64,000 nucleotides of DNA from an uncultured archaeon (lineage in GTDB: Archaea > Asgardarchaeota > Jordiarchaeia > Jordiarchaeales > Jordiarchaeaceae), in NCBI GenBank assembly GCA_964510585.1, contig CAZECW010000193.1:1248-65247 (forward strand), in the 5' to 3' direction. This document shows, piece after piece, positions 1-11,039 of the stretch. Made by a program: the position numbers and the translations under genes. The notes below the pieces were generated by a model. The model searched no databases and had not been told where the DNA came from. It saw only the letters and a program-made list of their open reading frames with translations. Every line of letters starts with the position of its first letter. Position 1 is the stretch's first letter.

Positions 1-817
1 TTTTGGGATCAGCGTCTTTTACTATTTCAGCAATCTTAACTATTTGGTCCTTCTCCACCCATCCCGGAATATATAAGGTTAAAACCTCAATCACAAAACC
101 TCTAGCAATTAATTCTTGAGGAAGTTTGAGAATCCACTCATTGGTGGTTCCGCAGAGCCTACGGTAAACCTTCTCGTCATAGGCCTTTATATCCAGCCAG
201 AAAGAATCCACACCAGCATCCCTAAGCAAGTCCATATTTTTAGGCGTCAAGCCATAACCATTAGTTTCAATGAGGACAAAGATGTTTTCACACTTCTCCT
301 TTATTTTCCGAGTTGCCTCAGCATAGAACTCCGCACAACACACCACATCTCCTCCCGTGAAGGCCACAATGTTTCTTGCAGGTCCCCATCCCTGAGGACT
401 CAGCACTACCTGCTCTGGGCTGAGTTTACCGGGACAGTGCCTGCTTCTCCTGCCTTCAAGAACGCAGGAACCACAGTGGCGACAAAAATCCGTGGCCGTT
501 GACATAAGGGCTCTTTCTCTAGGCTCTACAAGGGTTACGGTTTTTTCATACTCCGCGCACATTTCCGCTATCTCATCGGTGGACATCCAGTGTCCTGAAA
601 AAATTTGGCTAAACTCCCAAGAGTGGCATTTGAGGCAGGCGTGATTGCAGCCACTCTGATATATGGAGAAATAATCTTCAGGCCGTGAAAGGTGCGCGGA
701 TTTAATCACCCTACTCCACACACCTCCTGACTGCCTAAGAGTTGCCTTACAGGCAGGTTTCACACCCTCCTGAGTCTGGGTCAAACATTTACCCCTAGGA
801 AACCCCTGATCCACCAT
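1..817 (-). CDS. Radical SAM enzyme (PflA / AmmeMemoRadiSam-like activating-enzyme family). Start ATG at 815-817; the C-terminus runs off the left window edge
   Basis: Manual reverse-strand translation gives MVDQGFPRGKCLTQ...YFSIYQSGCNHACLKCHSWEF with the canonical CxxxCxxC cluster. It continues VAFTGGDVVCC...LDIKAYDEKVYRRLCG, typical of radical-SAM activases. Not in the ORF track because it has no stop inside the window. The + ORF 116..502 is its antisense shadow. Confidence 0.8.
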   Translation of the reverse strand, partial: MVDQGFPRGKCLTQTQEGVKPACKATLRQSGGVWSRVIKSAHLSRPEDYFSIYQSGCNHACLKCHSWEFSQIFSGHWMSTDEIAEMCAEYEKTVTLVEPRERALMSTATDFCRHCGSCVLEGRRSRHCPGKLSPEQVVLSPQGWGPARNIVAFTGGDVVCCAEFYAEATRKIKEKCENIFVLIETNGYGLTPKNMDLLRDAGVDSFWLDIKAYDEKVYRRLCGTTNEWILKLPQELIARGFVIEVLTLYIPGWVEKDQIVKIAEIVKDADPK

Positions 818-1293
818 TCTGCAAGACGACAAATCATCACCCCAAGTAAGAATGTACACGTGGTGGCCAAGTAAAAAGGTGTACCTGAATATTTTAGTAT
901 TTATCTTTTGCTCCAAATTTTTGCCGTCACAATCTTCCCAAATGTTTCTCGAGTCACTGGAAGCTTTTGTCTTATTTGTACTTAAAGCCCAAAACTACTT
1001 TTTTCATAAGAAACGTAGAATGTTTTTGTTTGAACTAAATTGTCTTTAATTATTTTTGTAATATGCTAGTTTACTTGGTTAATATCGTGGCGCCCACAAT
1101 TTTTTATCTCAATTTTTCTATAAACCTTTGTTGGAGTAAATCTGCACTTACTGCAACTTTTTATTTAGCTGATTTTCAAAAAAAGCTAAAATATTTATCT
1201 AGTTTCTGCTTTTTTTTCAGAATTCTTATATAATTTTTTGCATTTTTTTCAAGGCAACACTAATAAAGCCTATCAGCGCCATAGATTTCAACT

Positions 1294-1542
1294 ATGACAA
1301 TTCGGCTTGGTGAGGTGTATATGTTTAGGAAAGTCTTAAGGAGGAAACGGTACTGGCGGAGCAGAAACTCTGGAGAAGTGGTTTATTTAAACCATGATAA
1401 GGACAGCGGGGGAGTTTACGTGACCCTAAAAGAAGGGCAGGCCATTGTCAGAGTTGAGGACTTGGACATGATAAAAGTTTTCACAAGCGCAAAGAAGCTT
1501 GAGGACTTCTTAGACGAATTAAAACCGGAACTTTGGGATTAG
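1294..1542 (+). CDS. Hypothetical small protein (82 aa)
   Basis: Intact ORF after an AT-rich putative promoter region; no recognisable family. Confidence 0.3.
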   Translation: MTIRLGEVYMFRKVLRRKRYWRSRNSGEVVYLNHDKDSGGVYVTLKEGQAIVRVEDLDMIKVFTSAKKLEDFLDELKPELWD

Positions 1543-1743
1543 CTAAAACACCCTCTATCAGTAGACTTGGTAAAAATAGTGATGCTCACGTTCTCCCCCC
1601 ACTCCTTTTCATGTAGCATATTTTAGAACCTGTAGTGGTTCCTAAGCTTGTCAATTTTTTTCCACATAACTATTGCTTCAAATGATACATGTGTATTTCT
1701 GTTCGATATATTCGGGTAGCAGTGGGTTATAAATAGAAGCTGT

Positions 1744-2028
1744 TTGCAAGTACTTGCCAAATATATGATTCTGGAGAGAGTTGGAGTGCCTGAAGTGTTT
1801 TGTCGTGTACTAAATAGAGTGGTGGATGGTGGCTACTGCGCGTTTATATGTGAGCTTCCTGAAACGGAAAAAAAGATTGTCTTCAATCCATTTAGGGGAA
1901 TATTTACGGGTTGCAGATTCAGCGTTGAAGATTTAAGGAATCCATTAATACAACTTAAAACTGAGAAATTTAACTATTTGAAACTTAATGACACAAAAAA
2001 GGAACTAGTAGAGAATCGAGCCGTCTAA
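1744..2028 (+). CDS. Hypothetical protein (94 aa)
   Basis: ORF only; no recognisable motif. Confidence 0.25.
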   Translation: MQVLAKYMILERVGVPEVFCRVLNRVVDGGYCAFICELPETEKKIVFNPFRGIFTGCRFSVEDLRNPLIQLKTEKFNYLKLNDTKKELVENRAV

Positions 2029-2519
2029 CGTAAGCTTCCAAAAATTATGAGTTCCCATTTTGAAATAGAACCGGCAAACACCATTCTTGGAGAGCATAAT
2101 TTCAACTTCTAAGTGTGGCGTCTAGGAATTTGTGATCAATACTGACAAAAGGTTCAGACTTAAGGTATCTCTTTTTAAAACCGGATAATAAAGTACTGTT
2201 ATTCCTGATTGAAATTTTAACTGGTTGAAGCCTTTTGCTTTAAACTCAATCCGGATTGTTCATCTCAACCTATGGATGTAAGAAAGCCCTGCCATGATAA
2301 TCAGTCTTCCATAGTTTGACAACCAATAACTTCTGAGAGTAATTATGTTGCAAGTTTTTGTTTCTGGTGATCTGTTTTTCCCATCTGAAAGATGTTTTGT
2401 TGAAATCAAATATTTGGGTGCTATTTTTCAGTGAGTTTTGTTTTTTGAGATACATGGGTTAAATTTATTAATTTTGAATCGGAAAAAAACAGAAATCTAT
2501 CTTGTGGAGGTGAACATCT

Positions 2520-2918
2520 TTGGTTAAAGTTAATGACATTGCAAGACAAAATGTTGTCACCTGCAAAATAACTGATGATGTGCCCTACGTTGCCAAAAAG
2601 ATGGTTGATGCAGAAGTTGGGTCTATTTTTGTGGAGGATGAAGAAGGGAGAATAGTGGGGCTCATTACTGATGGTCAAATTTTCAGGCTTGTAGCGGATA
2701 GAGAGGATCCCACCAGGAAAACCGCCAAAGACATCATGGTTACACCGATCCAAAAAATAGATAAGAACGCATCATTAAAGGAGGCTTGGGAACTCTTCCA
2801 AAAAACGGGTTACAAGAGATTAGCGGTAACAGATAAAGGCAAAATTGTGGGAGTGTTAAGCCGAAAAATCGTGCAGAAATTCATGAAGTATTCACGAGCA
2901 AAAACACTCCTAGAATAG
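2520..2918 (+). CDS. CBS-domain pair protein
   Basis: TTG start 8 nt after a GGAGGTG Shine-Dalgarno-like site. Two CBS-like modules (…VVTCKITDDVPYVAKKMVDAEVGSIFVEDEEGRIVGLITDGQI… and …ASLKEAWELFQKTGYKRLAVTDKGKIVGVLSRKIV…). Confidence 0.6.
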   Translation: MVKVNDIARQNVVTCKITDDVPYVAKKMVDAEVGSIFVEDEEGRIVGLITDGQIFRLVADREDPTRKTAKDIMVTPIQKIDKNASLKEAWELFQKTGYKRLAVTDKGKIVGVLSRKIVQKFMKYSRAKTLLE

Positions 2919-3157
2919 AATGTACCTTTTTATCTAAGGCTCTCCAAAGTTTGAGCGCATTGTAAAATGACTTCACAGTTTCCTTAATCGGCTCCTTCTT
3001 GTACTTTTCCAATTAATGATGCCAAAAAAGCGGAGAATGGAAGCGTCTAACCCTTGGAGTAAATCTTCCCCGAACTTGGAATTGTGATATCCATATTAAT
3101 GGGGATACGAAGGTCTGGATTTAAAAATCCGTCAGTATTTTTAAGATTTTTTAGTCC

Positions 3158-3637
3158 TCAGCTCGGTCTTTTGTTTGACACCATGACTGTTGCGTAGCCT
3201 TCAACTACAGTTTCGCCTCTCTGATTCTTTATTTGTATATTGAATTTGACCACTCCTCCGTCATATTTCTGTACAGGTTTAGTCTCTGCCACTTCGAGTT
3301 CTGTATGGATTGTGTCGTTGATTTTTACTGGGGCTTTGAATTTATACTCAGCTTCCAAGAACGCAATTGCGGTTCCAGCTAGAAGCATACCAATGAATCC
3401 AGATTCCATAGATATTGTCAGCATTCCGTGTGCAATTCTTCCCTTGAAGGGCATTTTTTGGGCAAACTCCTCATTTGTGTGAAGTGGGTTGAAATCTCCA
3501 GATAAGCCAGCGAAGAGTGATATGTGAGATTCGGTGACTGTGATTGAAGGCGAAACCAACTTGTCACCTACCTTAAATTCCGGAAAGGTTTTTCCTTTAT
3601 AACTCATAGCAACACACCGAACCCTAAAGGATTCCAA
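3158..3637 (-). CDS. MaoC-like (R)-specific enoyl-CoA hydratase / hot-dog fold dehydratase
   Basis: Hot-dog fold signature …GDFNPLHTNEEFAQKMPFKGRIAHGMLT…; length about 150 aa. The true start may be the internal ATG at 3605-3607 (MSYKGK…). Confidence 0.75.
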   Translation of the reverse strand: MESFRVRCVAMSYKGKTFPEFKVGDKLVSPSITVTESHISLFAGLSGDFNPLHTNEEFAQKMPFKGRIAHGMLTISMESGFIGMLLAGTAIAFLEAEYKFKAPVKINDTIHTELEVAETKPVQKYDGGVVKFNIQIKNQRGETVVEGYATVMVSNKRPS

Positions 3638-4162
3638 GTTTTACTTAAATCTTTCGGGAAAAAGTCTGCATAAAAACAGTTGCTGGATTGTGTAAGCTAT
3701 CCTAATTTTGGTATATAATCTCAACTTAGTGGAGTTATCCATAATGTTCTAGTAACTTATTTGATCTATGTGTACTTCTTATATGTCCTCAAGGCTTGGG
3801 AGTGTGCAAATTGGGGGGAATGGGATGTTGGGAATATTTCTCATTCTTTGGTTAAAGGTGGCAAATTCTTCAACTGCTTCTCGTTTTAGGACTTGTTTAG
3901 GTGTAGAACTCCTATGTCTCATTGGGCCAATAAACTATGCTTCACTGAGTCTATAGAAAAAAGGAATGCTTGTTATGTTGTGCGAAGATTCATCAGATAA
4001 CCTTTATATTTAAACAAAGGATTCTGTTACTTGGAAAATGGATGTAACCTTTAAGAGTGGGTGAGGAGAAAAAACTTGCTGCGGGTTTGGGGGCGAGAAA
4101 AGTCATGGAGTAGAGCGTTTCACGTGTTTCAGTTTGGAATCTATTCCTCTAAGTAAGGAAGG

Positions 4163-5341
4163 TTGATGGTTATGGAAACTCTTAGAATAGCATTCTTCTG
4201 CTGGGAGTCCCTTTATTCTGTGAGAGTGGGAGGGCTGGCTATGGCAGCTACTAATCTCGCTGAAAGTATTGGGAGGGAACATGAGGTTCACTACTTTACA
4301 CCGGGTTTGAAAGATCAGAAGAAGACAACCGAAAAGCAGGGGGTTTTTTACCATCGTTGCTGGCCCTCTGGGTCAAACATAGTTGATTACTGTAAAAATA
4401 TGAGTCTAAAAATGGTGGAGGACTATTTAGCCGAAGAAAAGAATGGAGATTTTGACGTTCTCCACTTCCATGACTGGCATCCTACTGAAGCATTGCACCT
4501 CCTTCAGAATCGATCAACTGTCCTAACTTTTCATTCGACGGAATACGGTAGAAATGGAAACAATTTTGGAGGCTGGTGGGAGTTTAAAGAAATTTCTGGT
4601 AAAGAATGGTACGCCGCTCTCATATGCAAAAAGATTACAACAATTTCTCAGGCTTTAAGGAAGGAGGCTATGTGGCTCTACAACATTCCAGATTGGAAGA
4701 TTAAAGTCATCCCAAATGGAATAGAGCCTGAAAAATTTCACATGAATGTTGATGCAGCTAAGGTGAAAAAAGATTACGGCGTAAACCCTCAAGAACCTCT
4801 GGTGTTCTACATGGGAAGGCTAGTTTACCAGAAAGGACCAGACTTACTTCTTCAAGCTGTTCCAAAAATTCTGGAACACCATAAAAACGCAAAATTCCTC
4901 TTTGCAGGAGATGGGGATATGCGTTCCTACCTAGAAGGCTTGTCAAATAACTTTGGAGGACGCGTAAGATTTTTGGGCTATCTCCCAGACATGGAATTCG
5001 TTAGGCTACTCAACTCAGTGGATTTAGTGACTATCCCCAGCAGAAACGAGCCCTTCGGTCTGGTCTTGCTGGAGGCATGGAGCGCCCAAAAAGGCGTTGT
5101 AGCAACGGAAGTTGGAGGGCTCTCAGAAAACATAGACAACTTTGTAGATGGAGTTAAAGTCTATGTGAATCCCGAATCCATTGCTTGGGGAGTAAACTAT
5201 TGTCTAGACGACCTCGAAGCCACCAAAAATATGGGAAAAAAGGGGTGGGGGAAGCTTGGCAAATTCAGATGGGAAAACATTGCAAAAGAAATGGTGGAAT
5301 ACTATAAAAGTCAACCAGAAACCGTCACAAAAAATCAATAA
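4163..5341 (+). CDS. Glycosyltransferase family 4 (GT-B, glycogen-synthase-like)
   Basis: N-terminal Rossmann-like region (RIAFFCWESLYSVRVGGLAMAATNLAESI). C-terminal E-X7-E-like region NEPFGLVLLEAWSAQKGVVATEVGGLSE. Confidence 0.7.
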   Translation: MMVMETLRIAFFCWESLYSVRVGGLAMAATNLAESIGREHEVHYFTPGLKDQKKTTEKQGVFYHRCWPSGSNIVDYCKNMSLKMVEDYLAEEKNGDFDVLHFHDWHPTEALHLLQNRSTVLTFHSTEYGRNGNNFGGWWEFKEISGKEWYAALICKKITTISQALRKEAMWLYNIPDWKIKVIPNGIEPEKFHMNVDAAKVKKDYGVNPQEPLVFYMGRLVYQKGPDLLLQAVPKILEHHKNAKFLFAGDGDMRSYLEGLSNNFGGRVRFLGYLPDMEFVRLLNSVDLVTIPSRNEPFGLVLLEAWSAQKGVVATEVGGLSENIDNFVDGVKVYVNPESIAWGVNYCLDDLEATKNMGKKGWGKLGKFRWENIAKEMVEYYKSQPETVTKNQ

Positions 5342-5371
5342 AAGTGTAATTCTACAATTTTTTCGAGTTCT

Positions 5372-6163
5372 CTAATGGAATTCTACGCCTCCATCAATGT
5401 TAATCGATTGGCCAGTCATATAGTCCGAATCAGTTGATGCCAGAAAAGCAGCAAGCGGAGCCACATCATCCGCGGTTCCCAACCTTCCCCTAAGAATTTC
5501 TGGAGCCTTAAAAGTCTTCATACTTTCCCTAACCACCTCTTCACTATTAAGATAGATGCCTGTCACATGGAAACCGGGACAAATGGCATTCACAGTTATG
5601 TCGGGAGCCAACTCCTTCGCCAAAACTTGGGTTAAAGCTATCACTCCGAATTTGCTCACTGAGTAGGCACCTATGTGGGGAACCGCTGTTTTACCCGCTA
5701 TGGAAGCAATGTTAATTATTTTTCCCCTCAGTTCCCCAAACTTTTTCTCCTGTTTCAGCATTCTTATGGCAGCAAATTTTGAGCAAAGCCAAGCACCCTT
5801 AACATTAGTATTCATAACGCGATCCCAATCTTCCTCGGTCTGCTCAATGAGAATATAAGGGAGGCCACTTATGCCAGCGTTATTAACTAGAATGTCTAGT
5901 CTTCCCCACTCATCGTAAACTTTTTCAATCATTGCCTCCACTTCGGCTGATTTTCCCACATCGGCTCGGATAACCATAACTCTTCTCCCTAGTTTTTCTA
6001 TCATCTTCGCAGTCTCATTTGCTCCTTCCAAATTTACGTCGTTAACAACAATGTCTGCTCCTTCCTTAGCATACCGCACACTAATTGCTCTGCCAATGCC
6101 AGAACCGCTCCCAGTAACTAGGGCTATCCTACCACCCAATCTCTGTTCCGAAAACTCTTTCAA
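5372..6163 (-). CDS. Short-chain dehydrogenase/reductase (FabG-like 3-oxoacyl reductase family)
   Basis: TGSGSGIGRA NAD(P)-binding motif, NNAG, and a catalytic S…YSVSK segment. The likely real start is the TTG at 6161-6163, 5 nt after GGAGGTG; the ORF-track ATG at 6181 appears to be embedded in that RBS. Confidence 0.8.
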   Translation of the reverse strand: MKEFSEQRLGGRIALVTGSGSGIGRAISVRYAKEGADIVVNDVNLEGANETAKMIEKLGRRVMVIRADVGKSAEVEAMIEKVYDEWGRLDILVNNAGISGLPYILIEQTEEDWDRVMNTNVKGAWLCSKFAAIRMLKQEKKFGELRGKIINIASIAGKTAVPHIGAYSVSKFGVIALTQVLAKELAPDITVNAICPGFHVTGIYLNSEEVVRESMKTFKAPEILRGRLGTADDVAPLAAFLASTDSDYMTGQSINIDGGVEFH

Positions 6164-6617
6164 AAACACACCTCCACACATATTATGTTTATCAATAATT
6201 TTCCCTGTCTCCCCTTATAAATAACTAGGTTTGTAAATTAATAATTTATCTTACGGGAATAGTTCCGATTTATTCCTCTTCCTTTTGGAAATAATGGGTA
6301 AAGGTAGAGCCTCTCCTCTAAATTTGATTTTGCAAAAATAAGTTCCCATTGAATTAAGAGGTCCCCCATTCTTCCTTCACTCAAAAAGAGGGATAAACGA
6401 TCTCATATATTTGAATACAGCTCTCAAAAGAGTGTTGACTTATTACTGGGCATACCCGGTTCTATTTCTGCTTTCTCTTCCGTTTACAGTTTTCTAAATT
6501 TTAAAAAGAACGGGTATTTCCAATTTTGGTTAAGCAGTCTTAAGTGGAGTCAACCATATGGGGGTGCATTCTAGGTTTTAGATGCATAGCTTTTAGGAAA
6601 ACATATTATTTCTTCTT

Positions 6618-7427
6618 CTATTTTTCAAAAATTTTTCTCACCTTATTTTTGCTTAGGGTTAAATAGTCCCGATCTATGGTGAAGACTTCTAGGGTTATGG
6701 TCTTATTGTATCCTTTTTTGGCCAGTTCTTCGAGGGGTGCTTTATAATTGGTTCTACCTGCACCTAATGGGAGATGGTCGTCTCTTTCTCCAAGGTTGTC
6801 GCTGACATGTATATGAGCCACTCGATTGTAGAGTTTGTTGATGAACTCTTGGGGTGGATCTGATCCGCGTAGGTAGGCGTGGGAAATGTCCAATATGAGG
6901 GATAGCTTGTCTGATGCAAGTTGGCTGAAAAGATCTTCAAACTCCTTAACCCTTGTGAAGTGGTCGGATGAGGGGAAGAATCCTGAGGGTAGGTTTTCAA
7001 CGCCTAAAATCATATCATAGTCCTCTGCTTTTTTCAGAAGTTTATTCAGAGATTGGACTGTGTTCTGATATGCTTTTTCTTTGGGTAGGAGGGGGAAGCG
7101 GAAGCCGGGATGCACAGTTAGAAGGCGTACTCCCAGCTCGTAGGCTGCATTTATCGCCTTCATGGTTTCCTGAACAGAAGCCTCTCTCAGCCCATCGTAA
7201 AAATTGCAAATGTCCACAAATGTGGGGGTATGTGCAAGTCTTACAAGGCTGTATGTTGAGAGTGTGTCCAGTAACTGCTTCTTCTTGGTTAATATTTGCT
7301 CTGGAGTTGAAAAGGGATACTCAAAAACTATTTCAAAGCCATCAAAACCATTTTCACCAGCAAATCTAATATCCTCCGCGATGTCTTTAAAGGGGCTGTT
7401 CATCATGCAAATTTTCAAGTAAAACAC
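6618..7427 (-). CDS. Sugar-phosphate isomerase/epimerase (xylose-isomerase-like TIM barrel)
   Basis: LTVHPG…, ILGVENL…, ILDISHAYL…, HIHVSDN… metal-ligand pattern of the AP-endonuclease-2 / TIM-barrel family. Alternative starts at M8/M9. Confidence 0.65.
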   Translation of the reverse strand: MFYLKICMMNSPFKDIAEDIRFAGENGFDGFEIVFEYPFSTPEQILTKKKQLLDTLSTYSLVRLAHTPTFVDICNFYDGLREASVQETMKAINAAYELGVRLLTVHPGFRFPLLPKEKAYQNTVQSLNKLLKKAEDYDMILGVENLPSGFFPSSDHFTRVKEFEDLFSQLASDKLSLILDISHAYLRGSDPPQEFINKLYNRVAHIHVSDNLGERDDHLPLGAGRTNYKAPLEELAKKGYNKTITLEVFTIDRDYLTLSKNKVRKIFEK

Positions 7428-7765
7428 CTCTCCAATAATGAGGAGTAAGTTTCCTTAAATCCTTTCTTTTCCTTATCATTCTCTTCCAAATTTGTTTCGT
7501 TTACCCCAATATCTGCTCTCCCTATCCTTTATAGCAGATAAGTGATTCTTTAAACCTCATTACTCCTGCTAAATTGGCTTTTTTACATCTATATTATCTC
7601 TAAAAAAAGACTCTTCGTAGAGCAGTTCTAATTTCTTGCTCTCGTAATCCAAAAATATTGCTGTTTCCTCTCATAAAAAATATAAATTTATTTTAGACAA
7701 TTATAAAAAGAAGAGGGGAGAAATGCTACGAATTCTGATTTCTCCAGCCTTCAATTTACCTTCTT

Positions 7766-9742
7766 TTATTCATCCTTCTCTTTTTGAAGCTCAGGAAGAA
7801 TTTTTTCAAAGTAGTCCAGCGATTCTGGATTGATTAGTGCATCCCTGTTTAGGACTGGCTTGCCGTTTATTATGTTTGAAACGGCTATTTCCACTTTTTT
7901 GCCGCTGAAGGTGTATGGGATATCTGGAGCCTCTAGTATTAGGGCCGGATTATGCTGGGGTGAGGCTTTTTCACGCAGATTTTTTCTTATCTTCTTTTTT
8001 AATTCATCTGTGAGGCTATATTTTGGGGCGAGTTTTACAAAAAGGATAATTCGTTGGTCTCCTTTCCAATTCTGCCCTATAGCTACGCTATCAGCAATTT
8101 CCTCCATATCTTCCACCACACTGTATATCTCAGCAGTGCCTATGCGTACACCAGAGGGTTTTAACACAGCATCTGAACGACCGTAGAAGGTTACTCCACC
8201 AGTATCGCTGTGAATCACTATGTAATCGCCATGTCTCCATACATTTTTATGCGGATAAAATTCAAAGTAGCTTGCTTTGTACTTTTGGTAATCAGTGTCT
8301 TTGAAGAAATAGAGTGGCATAGAGGGGGCAGGAGCTTCGCAGACGAGTTCCCCCTGTTTATCATATATCTCATTTCCGTTCTCATCATACGCCTTAACTT
8401 TCATTCCTAAAGCTCGATACTGTAACTCACCGGCATAAACTGGAAGAGTGGGGCTTCCACAAGCAAAACAGCCGTTGATATCTGTGCCTCCCGATATCGA
8501 GTTGAAATGTAAATCTTTTTTGACTTCTCTGTAAACCCACTCAAAACCTTCGGCCGAAAGCGCTGACCCAGTCTGGGATATTTCTCGTAACGTCGATAAA
8601 TCGTAATCTCGCCCCGGCTTAACTCCCTGACTCCGAAGATAATTTATGTAACTTGCACTGCAACCGAAAATAGTAATTTTTTCATCCTGAATCATTCTCC
8701 ACATAGCACCAGGATCAGGATAATTAGGATTACCGTCGTATAATACTAGTGTTGCCCCAGTTGCTAGAGAGCTCATCAGCCAGTTCCACATCATCCAGCT
8801 GCAACTCGTTATATACATGATGGTGTCTTCACGTTTAAGATCCGTATTTAGTATAAGCTCCTTCAAGTGATTGATGAGCACTCCCGCTGCTCCCTGAACC
8901 ATACACTTTGGTTTACCAGTTGTTCCGGAGGAGAACATGATGAATAAAGGATGGTCGGCAGGCAATTGTTCAAACCGAATTTCCGGCTCTTTTTCGGGAG
9001 ATATAAAATCATCCCAATAAACGGATTTAGGGATTTTGCTAATGTCTGGATCGTCTTCCACATATTTTGTAACAACAACTTTCTCCAGTGAGGGTATTCC
9101 CTCAGCCACTTCTTGAGCTTTACTTAAAATATTATATGTGACACCCTTGTAGATGTGTCCATCAACTGTAAACAAAAGCTTGGGTTCAATTTGACCAAGA
9201 CGATCAAGTGCTGCTTTTGTCCCAAGCTCAGCACCACAAGAAGACCAAACGGCACCAACACTTGTAGCGGCAAGCATTGCAATGGATGTCTGTATCATAT
9301 TGGGCATCAGAGCGCATACCCGATCACCAGGTTTGATTCCTAACTCACGTAGAGATTTTGCTAGGCGCGCCACAGTGTCGTACACTTCTTTATAGGTCAT
9401 CCTTGCTGATTTCTGGTTTTCTCCTCTAAATTTGAAAGCCAATTTGTCGTCTTTGTATCTCAAAAGGTTCTCAGCATAGTTTAATCTTGCACCAATGAAC
9501 CATTTTGCACCCGGAAACTTGGTTAAGTCATCAACCACTTTATCATACTTGCGAGAAGCTTTAATCTCTACGAAATCCCAAACAGCCGCCCAGAAATCGG
9601 GTATATTCTCAACAGACCAATCATATAATTCAGCGTAGGAACCAATTTCTAGACCGTATTCCCTGTTGACAAAGTCAATAAAACGAGTCATGTTCGCCTG
9701 CTTTATAATTTCCTCGGAGGGTTCCCAAAGTAGTTTTCCCAC
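7766..9742 (-). CDS. Acetoacetyl-CoA synthetase (acetoacetate--CoA ligase, AMP-forming)
   Basis: 658 aa. N-terminal MGKLLWEPSEEIIKQANMTRF…YAELYDWSVENIPDFWAAVWDF characteristic of the AACS family. AMP-binding SSGTTGKPK motif is present. Confidence 0.85.
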   Translation of the reverse strand: MGKLLWEPSEEIIKQANMTRFIDFVNREYGLEIGSYAELYDWSVENIPDFWAAVWDFVEIKASRKYDKVVDDLTKFPGAKWFIGARLNYAENLLRYKDDKLAFKFRGENQKSARMTYKEVYDTVARLAKSLRELGIKPGDRVCALMPNMIQTSIAMLAATSVGAVWSSCGAELGTKAALDRLGQIEPKLLFTVDGHIYKGVTYNILSKAQEVAEGIPSLEKVVVTKYVEDDPDISKIPKSVYWDDFISPEKEPEIRFEQLPADHPLFIMFSSGTTGKPKCMVQGAAGVLINHLKELILNTDLKREDTIMYITSCSWMMWNWLMSSLATGATLVLYDGNPNYPDPGAMWRMIQDEKITIFGCSASYINYLRSQGVKPGRDYDLSTLREISQTGSALSAEGFEWVYREVKKDLHFNSISGGTDINGCFACGSPTLPVYAGELQYRALGMKVKAYDENGNEIYDKQGELVCEAPAPSMPLYFFKDTDYQKYKASYFEFYPHKNVWRHGDYIVIHSDTGGVTFYGRSDAVLKPSGVRIGTAEIYSVVEDMEEIADSVAIGQNWKGDQRIILFVKLAPKYSLTDELKKKIRKNLREKASPQHNPALILEAPDIPYTFSGKKVEIAVSNIINGKPVLNRDALINPESLDYFEKILPELQKEKDE

Positions 9743-9990
9743 GAGAGCTCCACACCTCCAAAAAGTTTTTGGACACAGAACTTCACTTTTTTGGGAAAAA
9801 AATGTATTTTTCTTTATTAAATCTTACTATTTTCGCGTTAAAATGTACGAAAAATAAACTTGTATTGACTTTATTTAACATAATTACATATAGATGATTA
9901 TTTTTTTATTAAAATCTAAATTTTAAGAAAAAATTATAAAAAGTTCCAAGTTATCGTCTTATAACTTACAAGCAAGATGGTGATTTTTTT

Positions 9991-11028
9991 ATGACTGTAA
10001 TCAAATTAAATGAATTGAAAGTCCTGGCCAGAGGAAAAGGTGAGTTAGTAGGCTGGCATGATCCAGATGAGCATCGAAAATGGATACGTGAAAACAAAAC
10101 CCGAGACTTAGTGGACAAAACCATGACGGTGAAGGAGGCAGTTTCCAAATTCGTTAAAGACGGAAGCTACATCGCCTCTGGTGGATTCGGCCACATCAGG
10201 GTTTCCATGTCCGTAATTTATGAGATAATAAGGCAGAAAAAAAGGAACCTAACAATGGCTGGAAAAACAGCTGTACACGACCTTGATGTACTTGTGGGCT
10301 CCGGTGTAGTTAACAAGGTTGAGGTTGCCTACTCATTCGGCCACGAGCTGAGAGGTCTCTCCCCCGCCTCCAGAAGAATGGTTGAAGGGGGAAAATGTAA
10401 GGTCATCGCTGAAATAAGCAATGCAGGTTACCAGTGGCGCTTCCTAGGAGGAATGATGGGAGTACCCTTCATACCCTCACGCAACATGGTGGGCACAGAC
10501 ACTTTCAACTACAGCTCCTCCATAGTAATTGAAGATCCCTTCAGCGGGAAACCCATATGCTTGATTCCCTCATGCAACCCTGATGTAGCTTTCATTCATG
10601 TGCCCCGATGTGACATATATGGTAATGCCCAAATCGACGGTATACTGGTAGAAGACTTTGAACTCGCAAGGGCTGCAAGGAGACTAATAATCACAACTGA
10701 GGAGATAATTCCAGAAAATAAGATTAGAAGCGAACCATGGAGAACAGCAATTCCATTCTACTGTGTGGACGCAGTTTGTGAGGTACCATTCGGTTCACAC
10801 CCCTGCCAGATGCCTTTAATGTACTTCTTTGACGAAGAACACATCGCCGAGTGGCTTCAACTCTCCAGCACAGAGGAAGGCACACAGCAATATCTCGACA
10901 AGTATGTATTTGGCGCCGAGGACTTCGAAGAGTACTTAAAACTTATTGGTGGAATTAAGAAGCTAAACTATCTTAAGAGAGTCGAACAGTTAAGGGCGCC
11001 CATGGTAGCTCCTTGGCGTAAAAAGTGA
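9991..11028 (+). CDS. Family I CoA-transferase, subunit A (GctA/AtoD-like)
   Basis: …YIASGGFGHIRVSMSVIYEI…GSGVVNKVEVAYSFGHE… typical of 3-oxoacid/glutaconate CoA-transferase alpha. Followed directly by subunit B. Confidence 0.8.
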   Translation: MTVIKLNELKVLARGKGELVGWHDPDEHRKWIRENKTRDLVDKTMTVKEAVSKFVKDGSYIASGGFGHIRVSMSVIYEIIRQKKRNLTMAGKTAVHDLDVLVGSGVVNKVEVAYSFGHELRGLSPASRRMVEGGKCKVIAEISNAGYQWRFLGGMMGVPFIPSRNMVGTDTFNYSSSIVIEDPFSGKPICLIPSCNPDVAFIHVPRCDIYGNAQIDGILVEDFELARAARRLIITTEEIIPENKIRSEPWRTAIPFYCVDAVCEVPFGSHPCQMPLMYFFDEEHIAEWLQLSSTEEGTQQYLDKYVFGAEDFEEYLKLIGGIKKLNYLKRVEQLRAPMVAPWRKK

Positions 11029-11039
11029 GGTGAAGCTAA

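Noticed and set aside
116-502. 128-aa + strand ORF
   Set aside because: Antisense to the clearly real radical-SAM gene (CxxxCxxC, GG(D/E)P-like motifs) on the minus strand. The ORF is a frame shadow.
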